DNA of 63,765 nucleotides, the filler included, from Stramenopiles sp. TOSAG23-3 (Eukaryota), in assembly GCA_900128585.1 (NCBI GenBank). It is 10 parts of 10 records of this genome, joined end to end, with 100 filler letters (N's around TTAATTAATTAA, not from the genome) between each part and the next. Parts side by side here need not be neighbours in the genome. Positions count along the whole stretch, not along the records: positions 10,977 to 21,845 come from LT642776.1; positions 21,946 to 32,805 come from LT642777.1; 8 more parts are not named here. One strand, written 5' to 3'. Of the stretch, positions 11,735-21,946 are shown piece by piece; the stretch's first letter is position 1, and every line of letters starts with the position of its first letter. The position numbers and the translations under genes are program-made. The notes beneath the pieces are model-generated. The model searched no databases. It saw only the letters and a program-made list of their open reading frames with translations, and was not told the DNA's origin.

Positions 11735-12469
11735 GAGTGAGCTAAGGTCACACTTGGAGACGACGCCATGAAAATATATTAAAAATCTCGATGTTTTACA
11801 GATATGTAAATGCAATGATGAAAAAGAAAAGGAAGAAACCCAAGTAATCATTTCATGAAAGGAACCCCTCTCTTCTAGAAATGATGGTTCTCTCAGTTCG
11901 AAGAAAAATTAAACCCAGGAACTCCCGGCGGTAATCCCAAGGATTCCTAAATCAACTGTTGACCCTGGAAAAACCAGTTGATTTTTACTCCAATGCGGAG
12001 ATTACACGAAGAAACTTGCACCCCGCTGGCAACGCCACTTTCTGGTATGCCCTCCTCAATACGAAAAGATTTCCCTCGACAATTAAGGCATTGCACAAGA
12101 CAACAAGTTGACAACTGCAGGCCTTTAAGAAACAAAACTAGCCATTGTCTACCCACTTGTTTTGCTTGTCATCCTTGGACGCTGGCATGAAATCCAAAAA
12201 TGGAGCGGAGAAGAAGAAGAAACGAGAGAACATGTTGGAAATGGTATGATACCTGATGATTGTTGCTACTAAAATGTAGAAGAGACAAATTTGCATTGTT
12301 TGTATTGTCAGAAGGAAGCTTGGCTGCATGAAATAGATTTGGTGGATGTTCATGAATAGCTGGCGATTAACACACACATACACATCCATAGTTCTAATTT
12401 AAAACAAGAAAATTGGCTGTTATTTTAAGTTCTAATTTTAAAAACAAGAAAATTGGCTGCTATTTAAGT

Positions 12470-12560
12470 AATTCCTCTGTGATTGACAATCAACGACGAA
12501 ACGAAATTAAAAAATCAAGTTAAACCATCAAGATAGGATTAGGGTTGGAACTGAAATTTC
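12470..12560. repeat. Dispersed repeat family C; second copy at ~59912-60000
   Basis: TAATTCCTC.GTGATTGACAA...GAAATTAAAAAATCAA...GGATTAGGGTTGGAACTGAAATT shared between two contigs. Confidence 0.8.
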
Positions 12561-13050
12561 CTAACAGTATATAATTTGTTCTTTTTAAGTAATTAAAATT
12601 AATGTACTGCGAACTGAAATCTAGATTTAGACATTTTAGGTCTAATTTTAAAACTAAAAACGAAAAGTTGGTTTTTTTTTCAAGTGTTAATTAAAACTCA
12701 TCTTCCTTATGCACTGCGAAAATGAATCTGCTCCTTTTGCCCATTAAAAGTTTACGTCTTCCTTTATGTACTGCGAACTCCTCTTTGCTACTGTGGTTTT
12801 ACTAATCAATATACCCTTGTCACTTAGTCTTGATTATCATTCTCAGCTCTCATTCTCATGTGCACTCCATGCATGACCCGAATCGGTATTTGGATTTCCG
12901 TCGATGTCAAAAGACCCGAGTCAACTTCCTCATCCGATGTCTCACTCGTAAATGAACCAGTCCTTGTGTGATTTTCCAAGCGTCGGTGTAAATATTTTAG
13001 AACTTACAATCCCTTAAAACAAGAAAATTGGCTGTTATTTTAGAGTAGAA

Positions 13051-13505
13051 GTCATTTAAATCCGACAGAGAAGGGAAAAAAACTCAACATGTCGTTTTTC
13101 TTCCTTTTTTTGTTATTTTGCCTGCTATTTACCTTGTGCAACTTTGTGTTTAACTTTTTCGAGTTGTGTACTTGTAAATAGGTCTACACTACTAATATAT
13201 CAAAGTGTTTCCCGAAAAACGTCACTTTCGTTTAATTCTTGAGAGACAATACAAGTATATATTTTACCCATATAACGGTTTTCTCACGTTTCCCCCTAAA
13301 AATTGTTGATTATTGAATTGAAGGATGCTATTAGATGTTGTTTTTTGAGATTTTATTTTCGAGTTGAATTTCCTATCTTCTTTATGTACTTGTAAATCGC
13401 TCTACACTAATAATATATCAAAGTGTTCCCCGTAAAAACGTCACTTTCGTTCATATCTTAAGAAATAATACAAGTACATATCGCCTATATAACGGAAATA
13501 ACGGT
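13051..13505. repeat. Copy of MITE family B with an internal ~220 bp tandem duplication
   Basis: Begins GTCATTTAAATC as at 57271; block CTACACTA.TAATATATCAAAGTGTT.CCCG...AAACGTCACTTTCGTT occurs twice here and once, slightly diverged, near 57440. Confidence 0.7.
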
Positions 13506-13517
13506 TCATATAAAAAA

Positions 13518-15900
13518 TCAAATGAAGTCTCCAAGTTCGCTATTGCATGTCTTCCCTTTGTTGGCCGGGTTTCGAGATTGAATTTGGCATGTGGCCATGG
13601 CATGGCGTGGTCTGGCTTTGTCAAGGATGGCCAGGGAACTGGGGCGAAGTGTCATCTGGATGTTGAAGGCTGGGTTTTTCATGAGCGTGTTTTGGTTCAG
13701 TATAGGTGACCACTTGGCTATTTGGGTTAAGACTGCCCCCGCCGCGCCTTTTCCAAACTTTTCCACGTTGGTTGACAGTATTTTTCTTTCCCCTTCAGCG
13801 AGTAGCTCCTGGTTTAAAGCTTGTGGGATTTTCTTGGTTATCGGGTTGATGAGTCCTTTTGTCCACAGGCTTCGTGATTTGAGGGTTTTTAAGCCCGTTG
13901 ATGGTTTGTCCTCCGTCGTGATGTTGCAGAGGAGGTGTATTTTGGCTTCTTGAGTCGCTCTATTGAATATCCGTTGGAGTCGATTTCTGTAGACCGGTAT
14001 GTTCGATCCGTAGCCGATGTTTCGCCAGTCGACAAGCTCATCCTTGGTGCCCGCGTAGAGCAGAAGGACGAGGGCCGCTCCTGACTCCATGAGTGTCGGG
14101 GTGTGGAAGGGTTTAGAATTCTCACGATTCGTTAGGGCTCCCCAGTGGTCTGATTCTGTTTTGGCTAGGATGTATTTCACTGTTGTTAGTTTGTCCGCTT
14201 GGGGTGCCATGGTGGCCATTAGATCCGTAATGTTGATACCCTCTTCCGCCTCCGCAAAACCGTAGATTAATTTCCGTTTATGAAATATTGGTTTTAGGTC
14301 CCTTTCAGTTCTGGCAAGTAATTGCATTTGTCGCATAAGTATGCCATTCATGAAAAGTTAGCCCGTGATGGTTGGGAATTGGGCAAGAAGCCGACTGTGT
14401 GCGAAGAGTTCTTGGATATCTCGTGTAAGGTGTTGTTGCTCCTGTCCTCATGTTAGGTGGATTGGGCAGGTGAGATGATACAGCTTGTCAGTTGTAGACA
14501 TCGATGGGGTCACTCGGTCTCTTCGAGTTTCCCTCGAGAGGTACGGTATCGCCCTTTCTATCTGGGCATATTTCCCGGAGGCCGATGTCTCCCGATCGGG
14601 GGTCCGCGTGTTTGTCCAAACCTCTTGGGTATAGGCATTCGAAAAATGCCGCTGTGAACGCTCCTGGTTGGATGTCACTAAGTAGTGAAAAGCCCATTCC
14701 CCCCTTTCTCCTGGGGAATGTGAATCGCAGTTTGTCTTCCCGCTGAAGCATGTTGACGTTGAACCGGCCTGTGATTTCCAGTGCTTGGTCCCAAAACCAA
14801 TTATCGATAAGTTCTACGACGCTTTGCTCTGGGGTAGAGGTTCGAATGTGAGCATATTCCTTCGGTTCTCGTTTCGAGAGGTATTCCACGGTGGGTCTGA
14901 CTGGACCGCTCATTTTCGAGGGGCGGATGCCCCTACAGAAATGGTGAAATCTTGTTCTGAGGCAAAAATTTAGGATTTGGAACCGTGCGTGGTTGAATTT
15001 TAACTGTTTTTTGGCTTTCTCCCATGTTTTCATGGTTTTGACTAGCTGTCGGAGCATGACGAGTTGTTTTAAGGGTTGTCCTGCTCTCTTTTAATAGGTA
15101 TTCCCAGAAGTTCCACGCCATCAATTCCGTTTGTTTGCGAGGAGAATTTGAGTTCCTGTTCCGACGCGACTAGTAAGGAATAAGCCCTGCAATTCTCACC
15201 CTCGCCCAGAGACAGTGTCGGATATGCTTTCGTTTCGCGGTTGGTCCGTTCCTCTTGTGTGGTGAAATCATGCGTCACCTCTTGTGGGAGTAGTCTAATG
15301 GCAGCGAAAGCTTTTTGCAGTTGGATATTAAGCTCATCCGTTGATAGGCCCATGCTAAAAGCTTGGTTTTTGGATGGTTTGAAATCCGAATTGTTGTACA
15401 GCTTGTTCAGATAGGCGTATCGGCAGAATATTAATGCTGCTATTTCTGGTGGGGCTACTACTGCCAGGTCGTCCGCGTAGGCGATTACTAACCGGTCTCA
15501 GGCTGCTCTGCCTTTGGGGGTGTCCTTTCCGTGTTTTCTAGTCCATTTTTTGGCCAGCTGATTCATAAAGTCAATTGTTTGTTGAAGGACCTTTCGTTGT
15601 ACGCATGCGTACATCGTCATGTCGATCGGGTCACCCTGTTGGGTGCCCTGGCGGGATTTGATCCAGCGGATGGCATTTTGTGCAGAGGTGCCCTTGTTTA
15701 GAACTGAGATACCTTCTCCTGCTTGAGTGATAATGATGTCGGCATCTTGGCCGTACATAAGATGGAGATATTTGATGTACCTACCCTGGTAGCACTGCGC
15801 CCATCTGGGTAATTGCTGACTTTCGACTTAGTGCGTTGAAAGCGTTTGCCGCGTCAGGAAATAACCCCACAAAATCTTTGTGGCGTTCGAGTGTGTTTAG
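13518..15900 (-). mobile_element. Decayed CRE-like non-LTR retrotransposon (RT fragment, pseudogenised)
   Basis: RT motifs in order across broken frames: DAANAFN (~15840), GTQQGDP (~15640), IAYADDL (~15475), LLGIPI, FPRRKGGMG; several frameshifts and stops. Confidence 0.85.
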
Positions 15901-16482
15901 TTCAAACAATTACGATACTTTTACTCGTACGTATAATTTAGTTAAACTGAATTTTAGGTCTTTTTTTAAAAGTTTAACAAGTAAATTTTACGTTACTCTT
16001 ATCATATCTATAAAAAAAATAATGATATATAGTATGTTNNNNNNNNNNNNNNNNNNNNNNNNNNNNNNNNNNNNNNNNNNNNNNNNNNNNNNNNNNNNNN
16101 NNNNNNNNNNNNNNNNNNNNNNNNNNNNNNNNNNNNNNNNNNNNNNNNNNNNNNNNNNNNNNNNNNNNNNNNNNNNNNNNNNNNNNCTAGAATGTCTAAA
16201 TCTAGATTTCAGTTCGCAGTACATTAATTTTAATTACTTAAATAACAGCCAATTTTCTTGTTTTATAGTATTGATACTTATCTTACCAATTTTTTTAACC
16301 CAACTCGCCCAATAATTAGAAGGTTCTATTCCTTCTAGCCAATCGTCTCACGTCATTCTGAACCACCGTTCGGATTCACTGTTTGTAGTGACGAGAGCGT
16401 CCATGCCCCAGCAGCCAATTGCTGTGTTTACTTTTGAGCATATATGAAAGCTTAACAGCTGATAGACGACAAATTAGCGCAC

Positions 16483-18393
16483 TTACACTCCACTGTTCAA
16501 GCCTTTAAGTTTTGTTAATTGCGCCCTGTATTGCGCATGCTGTTCCTCTGCGGCAGCTAATTTTAGGCGTGCTGGGCGCAATTTTAATTGGTTGATAAAG
16601 CGGGAACAAAAGGTTATGAACATAAATATACCCCCTTGGAGCATCTGGAAATCTAACAGGTAAATGTTCTGTTGAACTTTGTATAATTGCAGATTCACTG
16701 TGACGACTCGTCTACCAGTGTTGTGCTTTGACACACTTTCTGGCTTGGATGGCACTCCGCCGGAATTCAGTGATTTCGGCACATCATTTTCAACCCACCG
16801 GGCTTGTACACAGTATGGTGACAGCATGGCCCATTTAAGTTCCAGTGAACGAAGTGCACTGAGAACTTCCACCATCACGTTGCCTGGCTCCTTTTTCGAC
16901 TGAATACCTAAGTACCATCGGCGACGACGAATGACCCCCCCTTTAGAACCTAGGGTAGACGTTTTGCCTCGTCGAAGTGCCGCACTAAGTATTTCTCCAA
17001 CACCTTCCATTTCAGCACCTTTTTCAACAGTCAGTCTGCCCTTTCTCATCCCCTTGACGGATGCTGCGCCCTTGTCCTCCTCTTGAGTTGTCGGTATGTT
17101 GCCACTTATCGCCCCTGCTGTAACATCGCCGACTAATGCTTTGGTAGGGGCAGCAGCAGCGTGCCCCCCCGGATTTTCTTTTGAATCAGGTGTAAACGAG
17201 GTTGAGGGCTTCGCACTGTGCCCTATTTGTGGCACAGAAAACGGCGACGATGCAGATCCGGGCGTCAGTAGCAAATTTGGGTGCATCATGTTTAACATGA
17301 AATTATCGGTCGGCGACGGCACACCTGTTTCTGCCCCCCCACTTGAGTGATATGATGTCTTGTTTCGCTCCTCCATCAGCTGCATTCGTTTTTCTAGATC
17401 ACACAGTAGATCGTACGCAATTCGATACGGGTTGCGATCGCCCCGCCTGACAAAATCTTTCACTTCCTCGACGGAAGATTCACCCGCAATTGTATCTATA
17501 TTTGCAACTTTTTTTATCAAAGTCATATTGGCCTTAGTAATTTGTGGAATGGCATGGCGAGGACGAACAGTAAGGTAGAGCGGCAGAGCTGCTGTAAAAA
17601 AGGGGTGCTGTCTAATTTCAGGGATTGTAATTCGCTTCATAGGATCTACAACTAACATCCTAGGGATCAAGTCTCGGCTCAATTTTGACAAATGACCAGG
17701 CAAAGTATACATCCCGTTCTTTATTTTTTTAAATAAATTCGGGATATTTTCGTCATCGAACGGTAAACTTCCACACATCAACGCATACAAAATAACACCA
17801 CAACTCCATACATCTACCTCAGCTCCGGCATAAAGTTCACCCCGAATAACTTCTGGCGCCGCATAATTAGGCGACCCACACGACGTGCGTAAAAAACACC
17901 CGTCTGACATTAAGTTTGAAAGACCAAAGTCTGCAATCTTGACACTATTATCTGCATCTAGGAGCAAATTTTCGGGCTTCAAATCTCGATGCACTACTCT
18001 ATGATGGTGGCAATATTCTATACCAGTCAGTATTTGTTGAAAAAAACGACGAGCTTCGTTCTCGGCTAACCTGCCCTTCATTACAATATAGTCAAACAAT
18101 TCGCCCCCTGAAACATATTCCATTACCACGAAAATATCTGTCGGAGTATCGATAACTTCATATAAACGGATTATGTGCGGATGATCGAAAAGCCTCAGTA
18201 TTTTTATTTCCCTTCGCACTTTCTGTTCCATGTCCAAGCTCCTAATTTTCGATCTGTTCAAAATTTTGATAGCAACTTTCGCACCGGTTGGAATGTGTAC
18301 GCCTAGTTTGACCTTCCCGAAAGATCCAACCCCCAGAGTTTTCCCAATTTCATAGTGGCCAATTTTTAGAGGAACTGTTTCGTTCCGGTCCAT
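16483..18393 (-). CDS. SNF1: SNF1/AMPK catalytic alpha subunit
   Basis: GVGSFGKV, HRDLKPEN, DFGLSN, LRTSCGSPNYAAPE; C-terminal RWYLGIQS...LQLYKV...YLLDFQ. Confidence 0.96.
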   Translation of the reverse strand: MDRNETVPLKIGHYEIGKTLGVGSFGKVKLGVHIPTGAKVAIKILNRSKIRSLDMEQKVRREIKILRLFDHPHIIRLYEVIDTPTDIFVVMEYVSGGELFDYIVMKGRLAENEARRFFQQILTGIEYCHHHRVVHRDLKPENLLLDADNSVKIADFGLSNLMSDGCFLRTSCGSPNYAAPEVIRGELYAGAEVDVWSCGVILYALMCGSLPFDDENIPNLFKKIKNGMYTLPGHLSKLSRDLIPRMLVVDPMKRITIPEIRQHPFFTAALPLYLTVRPRHAIPQITKANMTLIKKVANIDTIAGESSVEEVKDFVRRGDRNPYRIAYDLLCDLEKRMQLMEERNKTSYHSSGGAETGVPSPTDNFMLNMMHPNLLLTPGSASSPFSVPQIGHSAKPSTSFTPDSKENPGGHAAAAPTKALVGDVTAGAISGNIPTTQEEDKGAASVKGMRKGRLTVEKGAEMEGVGEILSAALRRGKTSTLGSKGGVIRRRRWYLGIQSKKEPGNVMVEVLSALRSLELKWAMLSPYCVQARWVENDVPKSLNSGGVPSKPESVSKHNTGRRVVTVNLQLYKVQQNIYLLDFQMLQGGIFMFITFCSRFINQLKLRPARLKLAAAEEQHAQYRAQLTKLKGLNSGV

Positions 18394-18742
18394 TCCAAGA
18401 TAAAGCTGAAGGGCCGCATATATAGGAGTTTAAATCAGAGATGAACAATCCAGGTCATATAAAAAGTGGCGGGATCCGACAAATTTTATCGTTGCTCAAT
18501 CAGCAACACTTGATGCGTTCTTTGCAATTTTGTTGCATTGAGATTTTGCTCATTTTTTTCTTCTTTTTTTCTCCAACAAAAAATAGTAATTGGGTCATCA
18601 TCTTTCTAGCTGCTGGTATTACCGGTGGTAGCCGATAATACCGGGTAGCAGGATTCCGTTTGCTGATTGTTTTGGCAAATGATTTTTTGAACAAAACCAT
18701 ATTATTCCTTAATCATAGAGGTGATACACAATCCCTTACCGA

Positions 18743-20130
18743 ACATTTAAGTACAAGAAAACCCAATCAAAATATGATCCTCGGGACGCCTGGCAGGGGC
18801 CTATTTCTATAATTTACCTAGTCGGTCTAACATTGTCGATTTAGAATGTATGCTCAATGACGCCGCTGAGATGTTTTCAAATTCCGCTAAGCACCTCTTT
18901 GGTATTTATATGCTATTTGATATAATGCTGTATTAATCTATTTTTAACAATGTTATTTATATGCTATTTTACATATTACATGAAATATCACTTCCTATCA
19001 AAAATTATACTTGTCTACATAAGAATACATACCCTGATCGTAACCATATTTGTACTTAATTTGTAGTCTTATTTGTAGACTAATAAAAATTTATAGTCTT
19101 ATAGATTTGCTTTTAAGGCACTGAGCTGTATACAACGTACAAGAAAGTACACGGAGTCTTACAACAGCAACAAGTAAAAACAAAATATTTATTCTATAGG
19201 GTTATAATATTGTTTTTCAGACTGAGAGATTCTGTTAAGAATCAGTGAAAACAACAAAGAGTTGTTTCTTTTTGAGACACATATGGCAAAGTACCGTAGT
19301 AGTGCAAACTTGTTCAAGTGCTTGTATTTTTCACTTTTGATTTATACATCGTAGCTAGCCTTCTCGACAGAAGGCATAATATTTCTCCTTCACGGTGTCT
19401 TGTCCATTATCAACTTCGATGCTGTGTAATGTATTGCACTATCGGTTGCATCTTAAAGTTACTACTTCTTGATTCAATCGATTGTGTTCAAGTTGTTCTA
19501 ATACTGTGTTGGTGTTTCAAGAAACCTATCGCATCCACAGAAGCTCTAATTCGTGCTTTTTATTAATCTTGATCAAATGACGTTACTGATCAAATTCATT
19601 CCATTCAAATTCATCCAATATATTTTTGGTCGTTACTACAACAATTTGCAATGGAATATTTCTACGTATTATTGCTGAAATAGGCAACAAGGGTTTAATA
19701 TTGAATTACCATTGAATACATAAATACAGCATTATCACAAATAGCATATAAATACCAAAGAGGTGCTAAGCGGAATCTGAAAACATCTCAGCGGCGTCAT
19801 TGAGCATGTGGGGTAAGGAACAGCCGGTAGGGATTCTATGCCTTCACGTCGAGCATGCTTTGCTGTGCCGATCCGGCTGATAACTCTACACTCAGTCCAG
19901 AATAATGTAGTGTATTAAGTACATAAACCTATCCTTTAAAATGGCCTGAGTGGGTGTGATCAGGCGAACGGACAAAGCAAAGCGAAGGATGCTGTGTGTC
20001 CATACTAAGCCTTAGCAGCACACACGAGCGGATCTTACCATTCTAAACAATCATTAACAAAAGAAAATAAATAAGAGAAATGGCCCCTGCCAAGTTCATA
20101 TTTTGATAGGATATATTTGCACTTAAATGC
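18743..20130. mobile_element. Non-autonomous long-TIR element with decayed cargo ORF
   Basis: 18850-18934 is a near-perfect reverse complement of 19722-19807; outer blocks 18743-18848 pair imperfectly with 20039-20130. Confidence 0.7.
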
Positions 20131-20414
20131 ATATCCGACCTTAAAATAATCAAATTTTTAGTGTAATCACAGGGAGATGCCCTCTCGCATTACATTAGAT
20201 TAGAGATCCTTCCCCACCAAAAAAAAAATGAAGAAGTTATTAGTGTGTGGTGTGGTGTGGTGATCATATTTATCTCAATGATGCATTATAGGAAACAAGC
20301 AATTCAAAAGTTCTGATTACTAACTGTTGTTACAAGGATTTAGGCAGGACCTGACCAGAAGTGTATACAAACACCGAATTGTTACAACCTCTTGCCCCAA
20401 GTATAATTCAAATA

Positions 20415-21392
20415 ATGCGTGCGTTCCTAACAATTTTACCCAAGTTTCAGTTTGCGGAAGAGGCCTTTGACTGGGAAAATGATTCAATTGGCTTCTACAA
20501 CAAGTATGCTTCTCTCTTTGGCTTTATAGGGTTGATGTACTTGCCAATGGTCTTTGGGCTTAAGCACTACATGCACACCCGGGAGCCGCTTGATCTCAAA
20601 GGAGTTTTGATCGTATGGAATCTTTTGCTAGCTGTCCTTTCAGCCTATGGTGCCTACTTCACTGTACCGCAGGGTTGGAAGTTCATTCAGGATAATGGCT
20701 TTGTTGAGGGCATCTGTGATACGAATTGCTACGTGCACCCTTACGCGGTTATTATTCTGCTGTTCAATCTTAGCAAAATGGCCGAGTTTGTTGATACGAT
20801 ATTGTTAAGGTTCCGGAAGAAACCGGTCATATTTTTGCACTGGTATCATCACATTTTGACAATGTTTTACTGCTGGTACGGAAACGTCGTTGGTTCTCTA
20901 TTTAACTGCACGGGGTGGTACTTTGCTGCAATGAATTTGTCAGTGCACTCGATTATGTACTCTTACTATGCCCTGGCAGCAATGGGATATGGTCGGGCAA
21001 TGGCAAAATCTGGACTAAACAAAATAATTACTACCATTCAGATAACGCAGATGTTTGGTGGCATTGGTATAATATTCATGAGCACGCACTGCGATCGGAT
21101 CGACAACCATGGCTTGGTCCTGGCTACAGTAATGTACGTGAGTTATTTGTTTTTATTTGCAAAATTATTTTACGACAAATATGCCGCACCGAGGCTCAGT
21201 AAAACCATTGCTGCATTAAAAAAGAGACAAGGTTTGGCAATTTCTCGACTTAAAGAATCCCACATTATTGCCACGAATCGTTTGGTCGAAGACCATCATT
21301 TGGCTTTGAAACGCGCGTTGGAAGATGAATTGCTTTTGAGCAACTCTGATCGCGCTGCTCGTGGCGGTGTGGGTTTGAAAAAAAATAAGTAA
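20415..21392 (+). CDS. GNS1/SUR4 fatty acid elongase (ELO)
   Basis: SKMAEFVDT, FLHWYHH histidine box, MNLSVHSIMYSYY, TTIQITQM; dilysine-type C-terminus KKNK. Confidence 0.95.
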   Translation: MRAFLTILPKFQFAEEAFDWENDSIGFYNKYASLFGFIGLMYLPMVFGLKHYMHTREPLDLKGVLIVWNLLLAVLSAYGAYFTVPQGWKFIQDNGFVEGICDTNCYVHPYAVIILLFNLSKMAEFVDTILLRFRKKPVIFLHWYHHILTMFYCWYGNVVGSLFNCTGWYFAAMNLSVHSIMYSYYALAAMGYGRAMAKSGLNKIITTIQITQMFGGIGIIFMSTHCDRIDNHGLVLATVMYVSYLFLFAKLFYDKYAAPRLSKTIAALKKRQGLAISRLKESHIIATNRLVEDHHLALKRALEDELLLSNSDRAARGGVGLKKNK

Positions 21393-21746
21393 AGCTAAAA
21401 ACAAGAAAATTGGCTGTTATTTAAGCTAAAAAACAAATTATATAGTAATATTGTAATAAGTAAAAAACAAGAAAATTGGCTGTTATTTAAGTAATTAAAT
21501 TTAGCTTCCAAAAGCTAATATATTATCTTTCTGGTCTAATAAATGGGAACATGTTTGTGCCGGTCTTGTTTATTACGACTCTTGCTAATAATACGGTAAC
21601 GTTTGCCGCGGAGGTTTCTCTCAGAAACAAATGAGACCAGTACAATGTACAAAGCGAAAACAGCACAAGTGAATTTAAGAACTGAAGAAATTCTTACTTA
21701 TTAATCATATTTGTACTTTTGACTACATATATCATATCATATTATT

Positions 21747-21845
21747 AAAAACAAGAAAATTGGCTATTATTTAAGTAATTAAAATTAATGTACTGCGAAC
21801 TGAAATCCAGATTTAGACATTCTAGGTTTGCATTCCTTCATGAAC
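21747..21845. repeat. Long copy of dispersed short element family A
   Basis: AAAACAAGAAAATTGGCT.TTATTTAAGTAATTAAAATTAATGTACTGCGAACTGAAATC.AGATTTAGACATTCTAGG; related copies near 163, 4573, 9150, 12401, 12441, 12583, 13016, 16188, 21398, 21463, 46881, 47110. Confidence 0.9.
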
Positions 21846-21946
21846 NNNNNNNNNNNNNNNNNNNNNNNNNNNNNNNNNNNNNNNNNNNNTTAATTAATTA
21901 ANNNNNNNNNNNNNNNNNNNNNNNNNNNNNNNNNNNNNNNNNNNNA

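Noticed and set aside
12390-12470. Family A copies as CRISPR repeats
   Set aside because: Copies are dispersed, in both orientations and of variable length; the intervening sequence here is a duplicated target, not a spacer.
19808-20038. Hammerhead ribozyme or RNase P/MRP RNA
   Set aside because: No CUGANGA/GAAA core, and only loose resemblance to the P4 motifs; left unassigned.
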